A stretch of DNA of 64,000 nt, taken from NCBI GenBank assembly GCA_028534125.1, contig CM052816.1, positions 2,916,001-2,980,000 on the forward strand, in the 5' to 3' direction. The position numbers were made by a program, and so were the translations under genes. The notes under the pieces are model-generated. The model was not told the origin of the DNA. It did not search any database and worked only from the letters and a program-made list of their open reading frames with translations. The stretch comes from Lama glama (lineage: Eukaryota). The first letter of the stretch is position 1. Every line of letters begins with the position of its first letter. Shown piece by piece: positions 62,353 to 64,000 of this stretch.

Positions 62353-64000
62353 TCATCTATGAAATACTCTTGCCAAAAACTAGAATCTGAATCAGATCAA
62401 GTCTCTAGAAGTGAATACCAGTTCACAGGGAATACAGGGGGAAGAGAAACATGTTAATACGATGCGAGCGCAATCAGCACAATTCAGAATTCGGAACGCT
62501 CCAAACTCTTCCAAGGGACCTGCTTCTGCAATAAGTAAACTGCAAGGACAAAAGAAACAGGGAGATGGGTATCCGCAGATTATCAGAGACTTAAGAAATA
62601 AATGAATCAAATGTTACCTATATGCCTCCTATGGATCCCAATTAAACGAAGCAATTTTAAAAGATACATTTATGAGGTGATTGGGAAATCTGAACTGACA
62701 CTGAGATTGTTTTTTTTTATCATTAAGGAATTACTATTACTTTTAGGTGATATCGTGGTTATGTTTTTTAAGCAGTCTTTCTCTTTTAGAGACAGATACT
62801 GCAATATTTCCGTATGGGTGACACGACATCAGGGATCCGTTTGAAAATAATCCAGTGAGTAAGGAAGCAGAGAGCATAGGTGAAAAGAGAGTGGCAATGA
62901 GTTAATGCTCATAACTGGGTGAGGGGTACACCAGGCTTGATTATAGCATGCTCTCTATCTGTGGATATGTTTGAAGTTTTCCACGACAAAAAGCTTATAA
63001 ATTAATAAATGAACAAACGGATGGGTGGTCATGCCATGCATCCCACACAAGGGCAAGAGCAAAACAACTAAAATGAAAACAGGGAAGATTCACTTACTGA
63101 AGGAAGCAACTGGAAATAAAATGTGACTAATAACACATACAAGCAGCTACCCTTTGTAGATCACCGGCTAGATTCCAGGACAAACACCAGGCAGCAGCAT
63201 CCATCTGTATGTACAGTCACAAATCTCTACCGCTTTTCATCTTTATAACACTCCTGGAGCAGGGGGGAAGTCGGGTCATCTCACAGACAGGGAACCCAAC
63301 ACTCAGAAATAGCTGAAACCTCAAGCTGGCTTGGACCTGAGACAAACCAGCACCCAGGACTTTGGTCTACAGCGTGTGTGCCCTTTCCCTCACCCGACTC
63401 TGACTCCGGGGGCCAAAAGGGAGTGAAATAAGGCAAAAACTTGAGTTGATAGAGAGTGGCTTCTACCTGGAAATAAACCTTTGTTTCCTTTCTTTGTTCT
63501 TAAGGAGATTTGTCTTAAGAGCTCTCCCTGCTTTCTCCTCAATGACTACTATTTACTTAATTTTTTGAAGCACTCAAAAATGGTCCTTGTCCAACAGAAA
63601 TGTTTGCGGTCACATGACTCCTGCAGGTTCACTTTTACAGTAATGAATACCAAATCTTTTCTTTATTTCCCCAAAGACAAATGTTGAGCTATGACATGGA
63701 CCTGAACACAGAGACAGTGCGGGAAATATGCGTGCATCCTTTATCTTCTGCTGTGAGTTTCTAGGGATTCCTCTCAGGCAAAATGAATCTCTTCAGACAT
63801 GACTCACATGCACACGGTATCTCAGATCAAACGGCATCCGTCTTTTTCATTTGCAGAGTATGTTTTGGTTTTGTTTTTTATTGTCACTGTATCTTTTTAA
63901 GAACATGGGGAAGTAAACTCCATTTTAGAAAGATTTCCATCAAGACAGATAAAAATGAAAGGTTCAGCCCATGGAGCTGAAGCCTGGGTCACCTGGGATT

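Larger units (their letters stand above)
59930..63000 (+). mobile_element. Old L1 (L1MC-like) ORF2 end and long 3' UTR, interrupted by an MLT1B-like LTR
   Basis: 'aaacatatgaaaagatgttc...gagataccacttctcacct', 'aaataccatttccttggagaaatggctgact', terminal 'gtttgaagttttccacgacaaaaag'. Confidence 0.75.

Noticed and set aside
1..64000. CRISPR array, operon or prokaryotic defence-type system
   Set aside because: No regularly spaced repeats or gene-dense coding; the sequence is mammalian non-coding DNA.

Overview
This is a repeat-rich, non-coding mammalian window (intergenic or inside a large intron). It is most likely camelid: eight copies of a tRNA-Ala(AGC)-derived SINE match the camelid Vic-1 family, alongside cetartiodactyl-type L1 3' ends. 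I found no intact protein-coding gene. The only recognisable gene-derived sequence is a full-length, disabled RPL23A processed pseudogene (about 15775-16268, minus strand). The rest is MaLR and ERV1-type solo LTRs, L1/L2/MIR remnants, hAT MITEs, microsatellites, one 100-N assembly gap and some unique islands with possible enhancer motifs. I cannot support a new biological system here. The most interesting signals are mechanistic: (i) an exact 38-bp DNA-level copy of a SINE head plus its flank placed about 590 bp away; (ii) one L1-endonuclease site used twice, leaving three target copies; (iii) two twin-primed, 5'-inverted L1s; (iv) an orphan A-rich tail insertion with a TSD; (v) multi-level TE nests; (vi) a candidate 37-nt micro-exon with near-perfect splice signals. 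Repeat subfamily names come from my recall of consensus sequences, not from a database search, and boundaries of old elements are approximate.
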